Source: Eledone cirrhosa
Lineage: Eukaryota
NCBI GenBank assembly: GCA_964016885.1
Contig: OZ024761.1
Location: 2,976,001-3,040,000, forward strand
Reading direction: 5' to 3'
DNA length: 64,000 nt
Shown here: piece by piece, positions 15,650-28,600 of the stretch
Numbering within the stretch: position 1 is the first letter of the stretch
Layout: every line of letters begins with the position of its first letter
Position numbers and translations under genes: made by a program
Notes under the pieces: generated by a model
Databases searched by the model: none
Told to the model about the DNA's origin: nothing
What the model saw: only the letters and a program-made list of their open reading frames with translations

Positions 15650-15796
15650 AATGGTTTTATTGAGGCCCGTGAGGCCAATATATGAAACCATTATTATTAT
15701 TATTATCACAAAACCCACATCGTACCGTCCTGTACCGTCTCTAATGTTTTTCTTAATGTCAGCCCTTGTAGCCAATAAAGAAATCATTATTATTAT
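15650..15796 (+). mobile_element. Two stacked, severely 5'-truncated Tx1-type 3' ends, each ending in (ATT)n
   Basis: 15706-15785 closely matches the reverse complement of the Tx1 3' UTR at 16794-16881. 15650-15688 has a similar ggcccgtgaggccaatatatgaaacc-(ATT)n end. Confidence 0.75.
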
Positions 15797-15976
15797 GGAT
15801 TGGCAGTATCGGTAGAGGATCGGACGCCATGCTTTGACGCATAGAGTTACGGCCCTTTATGATCTGAGTTCAAATCCCGCCGAGGTTAACTTTGCCTTTC
15901 ATCTTTACGGGGTCGATAAAATAAAGTACCAGTAATACACTGGGGTAATTGCTGGCCTTGTGTCTAAAGTAGAAAC

Positions 15977-15977
<1 letters not shown>
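15797..15977 (+). mobile_element. tRNA-derived SINE family A with (ATT)n tail
   Basis: Matches the other family A copies. Confidence 0.9.
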
Positions 15978-16007
<30 letters not shown>

Positions 16008-16157
16008 TATTTATTTTAGGTTGTTATCGCTGCAGTTTCTGTAATGACACTTAACCAAATAACCATTGATAGTATAAGTGTATATATATATATATGTATA
16101 TATATGTATATGTATGTGTGTGTGTGTGTGTATGTGTGTGTATTGTATATATGTATG

Positions 16158-16238
<81 letters not shown>

Positions 16239-16331
16239 AGTATATATTTTATATATAATACTCTGTGTGTGTATATTGTATATATATATATATATAAGTA
16301 TATATTGTATATATATATATATATTACTATG

Positions 16332-16363
<32 letters not shown>

Positions 16364-16382
16364 ATACTATGTGTGTGTGTAT

Positions 16383-16421
<39 letters not shown>

Positions 16422-17098
16422 CTATGTGTGTGTGTGTATATATATATAATACTATGTGTGTGTGTATTGTGTGTGTGTGTGTATATATATATAAGTATAT
16501 ATTGTATATATGTATATATAATACTATATATGTGTGTGTGTGTGGAGGTGGGGAACACAAGTCACATGACGTCAATTCCTGGCAACTACACTAAACGCTG
16601 AAAACAGTTGTATTTGACAAATAGCCAAGAATCAGTTCTTTCATCGATCACCAATCACTCCCACTTTTTTATTTATTATTTTTTTTTTCTTTACACCGTT
16701 TCCTTTTTTCTCTTACTCAGCCAAGTTTTTGTAATTGAAGGTGAAAATATGTCAAATATCAAATGAAAATAAAATAACAATAATAATAATAATGATTTCT
16801 TTATTGGCCACAAGGGCTGACATCAAGAAAAACATTACAGGCGGCACAGGACGGTACAGGACGGTACGATGTGGGTTTTGTGCGTGTAAAGATTTTTATT
16901 ATTTATATAGAAAAGAAAAAAAAGACAGAAACATATATATATATATACACATTAAAAATGAAAATTGAAACAATGAAAAATTCCCCAATAGGTGGGGAAA
17001 ACTCTGAGGGTTACTCGTTGCGAAAACCACACAAAAGACCACGGCCACCCTGACCACCAGGGCAAGCGCCCTCTCTCAATTTTTTCCCATTTCTCAAA

Positions 17099-20072
17099 CT
17101 ACAGGCGTATATTCAGAGCGGTCCCGTTCACTCGGACCATTCTTGCTACATTCACCCACCTTTCAACAAACTTGCTACAAGGGAGCCCTTGCCTCTTCAG
17201 CCTGATTTTCCTCTTCAAGTGAAACTTGAAAAAGTTAATTAGGGATTCACCGAAGAGGAAAGTATCTGTCTTTAATACTTTTAACATTGTCCACCACACA
17301 ATTTGTTTCACCATGGCCACCAGGCAGATGAAAACGCCTGCCCTTCCTCCTCGAAGGAAGACGGCGAGACCTCTGCACAATGGACTCAGTCGATAACCGG
17401 ATCAGTTCTACACGCCTGGCGAACGGCGACCACACCTGTTCACCGTTAAGGAAGCACCAGAGATGTCGCAGCCTCAGCGCATGTTTGCGCATCATCAGCC
17501 ACGACTTGCCCAGTCCTCCACGCAACGGGTGTTGACAGCAGATGGATCGTCTGACCATGGGAGCGCGTCCCCTCCACAAAAAGCGGAAGAGGAGGCGCTC
17601 CATTTTGATGAGAGTTGGGCCGGGGCAAGGGACGACAGTGAGGCGATAGCAGATGATAGATGCGATGTACGCATTCGCCACCTCCGCCCGGCCTTTAAGG
17701 GACAGCTTCCTCTCGGCCCATTTCTGGATGAGGGAGGCCACCTTGCTCGTCACCTCGTTCCAGTGTTTCTCCATCTGGAGGTCCGGTCCGAACCAGACCC
17801 CGAGTAATTTAACCGGTCCGTCCGTCCAACGCCCCACGACGCTGTCAGACGGCATGGACTTGCCTCTCCAGGTGCCGAGCTGCAAGCCCACCGAATTTTC
17901 CTGGTTTATCTTTACTCCTGTCACCGCTTCGTATTCCTTGAGAGCGGTGCCGAGCATCTGGACGTGTCTGGTGCTCGACACCACCACGGTGACGTCGTCG
18001 GCGTAAGCCGACTCGGATTTCCCGCATCCTAGTTCGCGTGGGACGCCCCTCATCTCCCCTAGTTAATGCAGTAACGGCTCGAGAGCCAATACGTACAAAA
18101 GGGACGAGAGGGGACAACCCTGGCGGAGCGAGCGCATGATGCTGAACGGCTGCGACAGGTGACCGTTCACCTTCACAACTGAGCAGATGTCGCTGTACAT
18201 CTCAGCGATCCAACCCCTGAAAATGGGCCCGAAACCGGCTGCTCGAGGAACCCCGCCAGGTACCGATAGTCGACCGACCCTATCGAATGCTTTGGATTGA
18301 TCCAAGTTGATCAGGGCCCTACCCGTGCCAGGTTCCTTAACCACCCTCTCTATGATGTATCGCATGAGGTGGAGGTTGTCGTGTATGGATCTGTATGGAA
18401 CGGCGCATGCCTGCGCCTCTCCCACCAGACCCTTGACGACAAGCGCCAACCTCGTTGCTAATACCTTGGCCAAAATCTTGAACTCTGCGTTTAGCAGTGT
18501 TATGGGCCTGAAATTATCGATAACATCCCCATTGTTCGGGTCTTTTCTCAGCAGCGCCACCGCTCCCCGGCTCACAAAACTGGGAATGCTCCCGTTCTGC
18601 TGCCAGTTGCAGTAGACGTCTGCCAAGAGGTCACCGAACAAGTCTGGCATAAATGCATAAAGCTCGTAGGGCAGACCATCCAAACCTGGCGATTTAACCC
18701 TCGTGCAGTTAGCCATCGCTTCCCGTATTTCATCGGCTGTTATTGGCTTTTCGCAACACTGTGCTGCAGTCGTCGAGAGCCGAGGCAGTGCGTCGAAGTA
18801 TGCACTGAAGTCGATGCCCCGATCCGGGCCGCGGCTGCTCCCTAACAGTTCAGCAAAGTGCTGCTGAAAAGCTTCACAGATCTGCTTGGGTTCGAGCAAT
18901 ACGCATCCATTTTGGTCAGACAAAGACCGAATTGTGGCTTTTTTGCCACGTCGCGCTTCTGCCACCCGGGCCCATTGGACGGCTTTTGTTCCCTCGTGTT
19001 TCAGAGCACGCGCTCTAGTTCTGACAACACAGCCTTCCTGTTTTGCGTTGTAGAATTGGTCGAGTGCCAATCTCGCTGCAAGCTCGTCGGTTGCGATGCT
19101 TGTCCTAAACGCCTCTTCTAACTTTCTGACTTGCTCTCCCTCTACTCTATTTTCCTCTATCACTAGTCCTTTGCTAAACCTAATCGACTCTACTTTAATT
19201 GCCCTTTTCAGGGCGAACCACCACCTGTTGTTGACGACCGTTCCCGTGAACGCCCGCTTAACTAATACGCTAATCCGGTCTCTGTAGGCTTTGCGCGCCG
19301 GGAAAAATGCGTTCAGCTTCCAGTAACCGGGCCCTTGTCTATGAAGTCTGTCTATGTCGATATCACAGAACACTAATGTGGTCTGTGGTCTGTGGTCTGT
19401 GTAGTCGACTATTTTAAATTGTGGACAACTTATACTAGTCTTATCTAGTTCTCTGCAGAATACCCTATCTAGATACGATCTGGATGACCCGATGCGGTTT
19501 GTCCCTGTCCACATTGGCACATTCGGGTGATCCAGTCGATACCTGTCAGACAGTTCAAAATGTCTGAGCAGGTTGGTGAGGCTCTTGCACCCTCCTCTCT
19601 AATCCACTAGCCCCACACAATCCCAGCGTGCATCCAAGATACCGTTCCAGTCGCCTACTAACACTAAAGAGCGGGAGGTTCCAAGAAAGGTCTCTAGACG
19701 TCTGAAGAAATCTGGCGGTCCTGCCCCTGTTGGGGCGTAGACGGCTACTAGCCTGAAAGCATTGCCTTCGCTGCCGGTCACGTCCAGCACCACCGACTTA
19801 CCTTCTGGGTCTAGGAAGATGGTCCATATGGCGAGATCCAAGCCTCTCCGAAAAGGAGGGCAAACCCTCCCCCCGATCCTGGACGGCTGGGAGATGCGTA
19901 TACATAGTACCCTCCAAAGATCGGTGCGAAGGCTTGTGCTTCGGAGATTCTGGTCTCACTGATGGCCACCATATCTATGTTTAGTGACCTGAGGTCGTTG
20001 AGCAGGTGACCCTGCTTCCAAGATGACCCCCAGGCCACGTGCCTTTATACTGCCTATTCTGAGTACGGCCAT
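17099..20072 (-). pseudogene. Tx1 ORF2: APE endonuclease + reverse transcriptase, frameshifted, with internal C-terminal deletion
   Basis: APE motifs ISET, VYAP, GDWN, SYLD, TDH, GPGYWKLN. RT motifs KSPGLDG, FRPITLLN, DQSKAFDRV, RQGCPLS, AYADD, LLGV. Confidence 0.92.
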
Positions 20073-20108
20073 GTTGGGTGAGGAACGGGGCAAGTGAGAA
20101 AGGATCAC

Positions 20109-21717
20109 TTACCTTGATTGTCTGGTGAAGGGACCGTTGAATCGTCCCTTCGGCTGGTCGTCGGCTCTTGTGAGTATATCCGAATATACTCTCCGGTTGA
20201 GTGTCCCTCCTAGGTCTCTGAAATCACCAACTGCGCTGGGGAATTTCGTTTTAATGTTTGTGTATTGTGTCTGTGATATTCTTACCAGTCTTATGTTCGT
20301 TGGTGTTTTGATTGATGCTGGTATTATGTAGTCGTGCTGTGAAATGTCTGTGTTCAATTATGTAAGTCATTAGTTTCTTGTTGTGTGTATTTATTGCTGT
20401 GCATTTCTTTTGCTGGGTGTGGGGTGTGGTTCTGCTATTTTCTTGTCGTTGTTGCTGGGTGTGTGTGTTTTGTTGTTGTGTTTGCAATGTTGGTGCTTGT
20501 GGTGGTGGTGTTGAAGGTGTTGTTGTTGTCGGCGGTGGGGTTGCCGTCGGTGGTGATGGTAGTGTTAGTGTGGGTGGTGATGGTGTTGGTGGTGTTGCTG
20601 CTGTAAGTCTCTTTGCAGTAGCCTTTACCCTTTTTTCATTTCTTCCCTCCATTTTCGAAGGTGACGATGCGCTTCTTCTGCGTTTGTGCCTTCTTGCGAC
20701 ATTTTGCCATCCCTCTCCCACCACACACTCCATGTCCGATTCTGTGAGGTCAGGGAGGGGTACCAGCTCCACTCTTTCACTTGTTGTTGTTGGTGATGTT
20801 TGCAGTGGAGTCTCTGTTGCAGCTGCAGTTGGTATTACTGTTGTTGTTGTTAATACTTCCACTGCTGCTGCTGTTCTTGATTTCCGTGGCGTGAGTATGG
20901 GTGCCACGGGCCTATCCTTCCTGCTTGCCGCCTGTCCTGTTGTTGGTAGCAGTGGAGCCGGTTCCGGAAGGAGGGGGGGTTCTCCTTTCTCAGGGTCTTC
21001 TCATTGCAGAAGGCCCTGAGGTGAGTCTTCGACCCACAGCGAAAGCATTTCGGGCGTTTGCCCTCAACACTTATGGGAAGTTGAGTGCCGTTGTCGAAGT
21101 CTATCACATCTGGGATAGCTTCGATGCACTCCTGGTTGGGTTGAATTAACATCTCAATGGAGGCGCCGACTCAATCTTCCCGTACTTTTTTCTGTATTTG
21201 CAGTACGGTTGTTTTGTCCTCGATTCCGACGAGGACAGACGCGGCCAGCAAGTAGGAGGGCACCAACACCATTTCCTCGCTCCTTAGGGTCACTAAGGAT
21301 TGAGCCTTTGCCTCCTGGGGTGTGAAAAAAAGCACGTCCACGGTGGTATATTTCTTGCCTCGGGTGATATGCGTTTTCCGCTGCCACACAAACCCTAACG
21401 TTTTTTGTATTTGAGCCTCTGTGGCTCTTTCATCCCTACGTGATGTTATGCTTACTGTACGGTACGTGACCGTACAGTGCTGTTGGGTTTCGAAAATGTT
21501 TTCGGCTGCCTTGCAGATTGCTCGGTGTCCGGTTTTCGTCACCATCTTCTTTGCTTCCTGTAATTCCTCATTTGTTATAAGGATGGTTTCCAGGTTCTTT
21601 GCGATACCTGCAAACGAGATTGGTTTTTCTTTCTTGTTGTTGTTGTCGTCAGAGCAGCTGTTAATTTTGTTGTTGCTGCTGGGACTACGACCGCCGCCGC
21701 CGCTGTTGCTGTGGTTG

Positions 21718-21748
<31 letters not shown>

Positions 21749-22025
21749 TGTTATTGTTTATGCTGTTGCTGATGTCGTTGCGGCTGCTACTAGTGTTTTC
21801 CTTGTCACTGTTGCTGTTGCTGCTGTTATTACGGCTGTTACTGCTATTCTTCATGACGTCAGACGAATGAAATGGCTTTCCGTATTTACCGCTCACATTT
21901 TTCGTCGTTGTCGTCGTCGTGGAGAAATGTTCCACGGTATGCACGTGCTCTTGGTGAAAGCTATCAGAAACTATATTTTTCTTTTTTTTTAATGGCGTCG
22001 CTTGCCAAAGAGGCGAACACCACAT
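20109..22025 (-). pseudogene. Tx1 ORF1, gag-like CCHC zinc knuckle, frameshifted
   Basis: VEGKRPKCFRCGSKTHLRAFC; homologous to ORF1 of the plus-strand copy. Confidence 0.8.
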
Positions 22026-22365
22026 TTAGAGAAGGGAGGGAGAGAGACAATCTTCTCTCTGATGTAATGACGATTGAGGAAGAAGAAGACGGAAGGAGTG
22101 GGAGTGACTTGTGAAAATTCTTTTTTGTAGCCATGTTTTTGGGGGTTTAAAATGAATATTGGGCACAAAACCCCAATAAGCGGTTATTTAACCCCGAAGG
22201 GCCAAATAACGGGCAGAAAGACCCCTCTCACGAGGAGGAGGGTGTTTTTATCTACAATTTGGTTAAAGTTTTAAACAATTTACAATTGTTATAGCGGTTA
22301 AAAGTTACTATACCTTACAGAGCCGAGCCTCCGTCAACCATGGCATTCAATAATAATAATAATAA

Positions 22366-22552
22366 TTGTTTCTACATTTGGCACAAGGCCAGCAATTACC
22401 CAGTACATTACTGGTACTTTATTTTATCGACCCCGTAAGGATGAAAGGCAAAGTTAACCTCGGCGGGATTTGAACTCAGACTGTAAAGGGACGTAACTAT
22501 GCTGGAAAGCATGGTGTCCAACCCTCTACCGATACTGCCAATTCACCGCCCT
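22366..22552 (-). mobile_element. tRNA-derived SINE family A within (AAT)n
   Basis: Reverse complement of family A, with (AAT)n on both sides. Confidence 0.9.
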
Positions 22553-22996
22553 TATAATAATAATAATTCACCGCCCTTATAATAATAATAATAATAATGA
22601 GGTGTTAGGAAGACACTCGGCATATATCTCAGAAGCAATAATGAAAGAAAATAAAAATAATAATAATAATAATAACAATAAATGATAATGATAAGAGAGG
22701 TATTCAGATTACAATAAAACTGATATTAGTATCGTGTTTGAAGTTTGGTTTAATAAATGGTTTGTATATCGAGAAGAGTAAGTACTAGGAAACCTTGAGA
22801 AATGCAGTTGTAAATTTATATATAAAAAGAAGAAAATGTTCGCTCTCCATGGCTGAATACAATAAATGTAATCTGAGTTTTTCGAATATTAATAATAACA
22901 TTCGATTCGTTTGTTATTATGCAAACAACCCTCAATTTTATAGCCATGTCAGTAGAACGAACCCTTCATTCTTACTCTTGTGTTGGCATGCGAACA

Positions 22997-23046
22997 GAAC
23001 TGCAGAAACTAATGTTTCTGGGTATCACCCTTCATCAGTACAGATC
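22997..23046 (-). ncRNA. Hammerhead motif, inverted copy
   Basis: Reverse complement of 23311-23360 with two substitutions. Confidence 0.6.
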
Positions 23047-23310
23047 ACTGTTCACCTGCCAAACTGTCAGAGTTAGTGAAAATATATGCTATTTTCTAAA
23101 ATACACAGTTACTGATCGGCCTGATTTGCATATTAACAGACTGGCTGATCAGTCAGATCTGCATGTTAGCAGATCCACTGATCAGCCAGATTTGCATATC
23201 AGCAGACTGGCCAGTTAGTTTCCTGTATAGGAACGATAAATGGCCGGCTTTGCCAAATTCAAATAAAAAAACTGCCAGAGCTAGCTCTGACAGGTTGGCA
23301 GGTGAACAGT

Positions 23311-23360
23311 GAGCTGTACTGATGAAGGGTGATACCCAGAAACATTAGTGTCTGCAGTTC
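23311..23360 (+). ncRNA. Minimal type I hammerhead ribozyme motif
   Basis: Stem I gagctgta/tgcagttc (8 bp including GU); CTGATGA; a-gggt-gat-accc-a; GAAA; cat-ta-gtg; GUC cleavage triplet. Confidence 0.75.
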
Positions 23361-23399
23361 TGTTCGCATTTTGTATCTCATTTTTGTATTTTACTGGAC

Positions 23400-23690
23400 G
23401 TGTCTGCCAGCTTGTCTGTCTGTGTGTCTCTGTTTCTGTCTGCCTGTCTGCCTGTCTGCCTGTCTGCCAGCTTGTCTGTCAGTCTATCTGCCTGTCTTTC
23501 TGTCAGCCTGCCTGTCTGTCTGTGTGTCTTCTGTCTGTCTGTCTGTGTGTCTTCTCTCTGTCTATCTGTCTGTCTGTCTCTCTCTGTCTGTCTGTCTGTC
23601 TGGCAGCCTGTCTGTCTGTCTATCTGTCTGTCTGGCAGCCTGTCTGTCTGTCTGCCAGCCTGTATGTCTGTCTTTGTCTGGCTGTCTGTC
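23400..23690. repeat. (CTGT)n-type degenerate microsatellite
   Basis: Direct reading. Confidence 0.9.
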
Positions 23691-23950
23691 GACGGAGGTA
23701 GACGTGTATTAACGAGCTCTGTGTTTTACATTGGTTTTACCTTGTAAAGAGTGAGTTTTGGGATCTATTTTTCTATTGTGTTATACTTTAACCCCTCGTT
23801 TGGGTCTGCAGACGTTGGGGTTATTAATGTTTTCGCCCCTTTCTGGGATGAAAGTTTTCTTCTTGCATTTTTGTGAACTCGGCTTGTAGTAATGGACGGC
23901 ATTAATAGCATGGTGCCACGCTCCTCAAAGAAAAAAATCTTCGAGGAAAA

Positions 23951-25614
23951 TTGAAAGCACAAAGTGCCCAGCTTCCCCCCGTTCCTTTAACGAAAAACGT
24001 TATTAAGGAACAGCAGACAACAACCGAAAAGACACAAATTGGAAATAATACCAGCAACGGAAAAATTATCGATACCAATACGAACACCAAAGTGAACAGC
24101 GACAACAACAACAATAACAAGAAAGACAACGACAACAAAATTTCCTTTGCGGAAACTGTAAAAAAACACAAGTGTTCCTACCTTTGGATTTAACCAACGC
24201 AAAGCAAAAGTTGGAAGAAGCAAAAAGGTATGTGACTTTCGAACCCGATTGTTCATTCAGCATTAATTCTCCCAGAAGAAATAAAAAGAGAAATTTCCAC
24301 GGTGGTGTTCAGGACAATCTCGAATGCTACAAAAAAACCAGTACAACCGTCTCAGAGTGAGATAGAGCTGGTTTTAAGGAACCAAATGGAAAACATTTTG
24401 TTCATTCAAAAAGCAAAACTCTTCGGTAGCATCTCGGCGCTTATGAAGTATCAAGAAACGGCGCAAAAACATTCCATTGCGCCCATTGTATCCACCCACT
24501 TCACCTTTTTCCCGTCTTACATGGGAAGAAGGTCTCAAAAAATAAAATTCCACTGCATAAGACCCAAAGTAGACACTTGGTGGCTACTTTGTGGCGTTTT
24601 AGACCTTGACCAAGACATTATAATCTCGGTTGGAATGTCCCCCAGAGAGGTCTTTAGTGGGACCAGCGTAGAACTTCTGGTGCAGATGAGCCCAGAAAGG
24701 ATAGCGAAGATCCCACAGAGAATTCATTTAGATGGAGAGAACTACATAAACATTTCAGTTGAGGGTAGGCGACCCGCGTGTTACCACTGCGCAAGCAGAG
24801 GTCACCTGAGGGTTGCATGCCGTCAACTGATAAAAAAGAAACCTTTATTACAAACACCACAAACAATAACACCACCAACACTACCACAACCACAACAACA
24901 ACAACATCAACAACAACAGCTCAAGAAAACAACCCAAAACACGGTCCCACCCAGCCCCTCCCCACAGAACACAAATACAAAAACACACGCAGTGCAAACA
25001 CAACCTGGCAATATACCCCTCCCCTCCAATACGGAAGAGGAGCTCATATCCTCGGAAGACGAGGGGGCTCCCTTCCAAAAAGTCAAAAGAAAAAAACGTA
25101 CACACACCACACAAACAAAAATAACCCCACCTGACAACATAACACAGACAACAAAACGCAAGTTCACTGAAGAACAACAAACAAAAACAAACACAACACA
25201 AAAACAAACAACACAAACACAACAACACAAAAACTCTACACATACATAAACAAAAACAATAAAAACTTAGCAGACAAAATGAACAACAACCCTTCGGTAC
25301 AAACCGAAGGGCCGAATTTTACAATGGCAACGGGACTCCCTAACCTGAAAATGGTGAAGGTCCCACTTGACATTTTTAAAACATTGAAAAACATTTACCA
25401 TGAGGACGTCGGGCCACCCTGCACCAGGCCACTCAACCGCGTCCTCCTGAAAGGTTTTCCCCTCCTTTCCTCAAACACCCACATAATTCCAAACACCCCA
25501 GCCCCTCCACACACTAATACCCCCACACCACCACAAACCACCACCCCACCCAACAACCCCTCCACCACCCCCATGGAAACTGAACAGCCCGAACCCCGGG
25601 ACGCAGAGAGGTAA
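23951..25614 (+). pseudogene. Tx1 ORF1 with CCHC zinc knuckle
   Basis: VEGRRPACYHCASRGHLRVAC; broken by frameshifts and stops. Confidence 0.8.
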
Positions 25615-25637
25615 GTGCCTCTCTCTTTACCACCAAC

Positions 25638-28600
25638 ATGGCTGTGTTAAGAGTAGGTTGTCTAAATGCGCGTGGCCTGGGCTCACCTTGGAAGCAAGCT
25701 AAACTTCTAAATGACCTCAGGTCACGATGTATAAATGTGATGGTTATTTGCGAGGCCCGGATCAGCAGCGTGCGACAACTATCCCCCACCTTTGATGACT
25801 TTGAGATGCACGCATCTCAAAGTCAGCCCGGAGGTGGGGATGGGGTTGTCGTTCTGCTGCAAAAACATCTGGGTCTCGCTACCCAGACGGTACACTTGGA
25901 CCCGGAGGGTAGACTGGTGGTTCTGGACCTTGGCAGTAGTGAAGGCGAAGCTTTTAGGCTTGTTGCCGTTTACGCCCCTTTTGGGGTAATGCGGTCGGTC
26001 TTCTTCTATTGTCTGGAGACTTTTCTAGGGACGTCCCGCTCCTTGCTTTTAGTGAGGCGGGGGGGGACTGGAATGGTATCCTAGATGCACGTTGGGACTA
26101 TGTAGGGGCATGTCCTGATAGAGGGGGGTGTAACAACCTCAAGGGGTTAATCGGCCGATTTGACCTGGCCGATAGATATCGACTGTGCCAACCTGGACTT
26201 GGACAAACCATAGCGGTCAATCTAGATCGTACCTAGATAGGTTCTTAGTTAGAATTAAGGATAGAGACTTTTTAAGTTGTCCAGAAATGCTCATGGTTGG
26301 CTATTCAGACCACAAGTTAGTGACCTGCATAGTCCACCTTGATAGAACGCATAGGCAGGGACCCGGTTACTGGAAGCTCAACTTGTCCTTACCGGCAAGT
26401 AGAGCTTACAGGGACCGGATTAAAACCTTAGTTAAGGAGCGGTTGACGGGCGCCATCGTCAACACCAGGTGGTGGGGCTCTCTGAAAAGAGAGATTAGAG
26501 TAGTTTCAATAGGAGTTAGTAAGGAGTTAGAGTCAGATAGAAATAGGAAGGAAAGGGAGTTGGTAGTTAATGTTGAAGAGGCAATGAGGAGCGGCAACGT
26601 GACCAGAGTGCAAGCGTCGAGAACGGCCTTGAGCCAGTTCTTCGACGCGAAACACGAAGGCTGCGTTGTCCGAAGCAAAATAGGTGCTCTGGGAAACGAG
26701 GGGACCAAAGCTGTTAGCTGGGCCCGCGTGACAGAAGCGAAAAGTGGGATTAGATCCACTATCCGGTCTTTGCGAGACCAGGATGGACGGGTGATCCTTG
26801 AACCTAAGCAAATGTGCGAGGCTTTTCAAAGGCACTTTGCCCGATTGTTCGGGAGGGCCAGGGGGCGGTTGGGGATGTGGATTTCGGTCCATACCTCGAC
26901 GGCCTGCCGCGTCTTCGGACGAGGAGGCGAGGTCCTGCGACGGGCCGACCTCAGCTGCTGAAATAGGGGACGTGCTAAGCCTATGCGGCAAACGCAAATC
27001 TCCAGGCCTCGATGGTCTGCTCTACGAACTATATATTAATATGCCGGACTTGTTCCCCGATCTCCTCGAGGCGGTCTACTGCAACTAGCAACAGAACGGG
27101 AGAATACCCTGTTCTGTGACCAAGGGCGTAGTCTCGCTAGTGAGGAAGGACGAGAACAAGGGGGATGACATTAGTAATTTTAGGCCCGTAACTCTGCTAA
27201 ATGCAGAGTTAAAGATTTTGGCCAAGGTGTTAGCGAAGAGGTTGGCGCTTGTCGTGGGGGGCCTGGTGGGAGATGCGCAGACATGCGCTATCCCGTCCAG
27301 GTCCATCCAGGACAACCTCCACCTCATGCGATACATCATAGAGAGGGTTGGGAACGAACCCGGCTTTGGTGGGGCCCTGATAAATTTAGATCAGTCTAAA
27401 GCTTTCGATAGGGTGGACCATGGTTACCTGGATGCGGTGCTAGCGGCGGCTGGTTTCGGATCCGTTTACAGGGGCTGGATCACTGCCATGCATAGCAGCC
27501 GCATCTGCTCTAGAGTCAAGGTGAACGGCTACCTCTCGGAGCCGTTCGAAATCACCCGCTCCATCCGACAGGGGTGCCCTCTCTCCTCCCTTCTGTATGT
27601 ATTGGCTCTCGAGCTACTACTGCGGAAGTTGGAATTGTTGCAGGGCATCCCTTTGGAACCGGGAATGCGCAAAGTGGTGTCGGCCTACGCCGATGACGTA
27701 ACAGTAATGGTGTCGACCACCGCGGAAATCGGGGCCATCGGCACCTTACTAGAGGAGTACGAAAGGTTCACAGGGGCTAAGCTGAACCGGGACAAGTCAG
27801 TCGCTTTGCAACTCGGCGAGTGGAGGGGAAAACCGATGTCGTCCGACGGTATCGTCGGACGGTGGACGGAGGGCCCGGTGAAGTTGCTTGGGGTCTGGTT
27901 CGGACCGGACCTCCAGGTGGAGAAAAACTGGGGTGAGGTGACGAATAGGGTGTTTGCACTGACCCAGAAGTGGGCCGAGTGCAAACTATCCCTGAAAGGT
28001 TGGGCGGAGGTGGCGAACGCTTACATAGCGTCCGTCATCTATTACCGCTTTACTGTCGTGCCTTGCCCGGGTGAGATCCTCGCCAAAATGGAGCGCGCTC
28101 TCTTTCACTTCCTTTGGAAGAAGAGGTTTCCTCTGGTGAGGAGATCCATCTGCTGTCAACACCCTTTGAAAGGAGGGCTGGGGATGCCGTGGCTAAAAAT
28201 GCGTAAACACGCATTGAGGCTACGGCACATCCGGGTATTCCTCACCGGTCAACCGGTGTGGGCCCCGTATGTGAGGCGAGCCTTCCCGAGGCTCGTCTCG
28301 CTCACCGAGCTGCAGTCCTGGGTGAAGCAAAGACCGAGAAAACTGGGCGACTGGCACACCGAGTGTGCCCAGGCGCTCACGGCTCTCTGGCAGGCGGACC
28401 CGGCTATCGGCGGAGACTACACCTCGTCATTTTATAGAGGGCTGGTGGTTAGCAGGTGCGATGACATCCTCGGAGAAACCCTAGGCATGGAGGAGGACGA
28501 ACTGGCTAGCCTATTCGGTAGGACTTTCGGCCCGGGACCTATAGACAACTTCCAGAAGTCCTTGGCCTGGCAGTGCTACCGAGGGACTCTGCCCGTTCGG

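Larger units (their letters stand above)
16794..22030 (-). mobile_element. Tx1-clade non-LTR retrotransposon, near full length, decayed
   Basis: ORF1 and ORF2 remnants, 3' UTR with AATAAA, then an (ATT)n tail. Confidence 0.9.
22988..23369. repeat. 89-bp inverted repeat carrying hammerheads, enclosing three ~33-bp repeats
   Basis: Arms 22988-23076 and 23281-23369. Confidence 0.88.

Noticed and set aside
22118-22348. Possible Helentron/MITE fragment
   Set aside because: No clear termini or second copy in the window.
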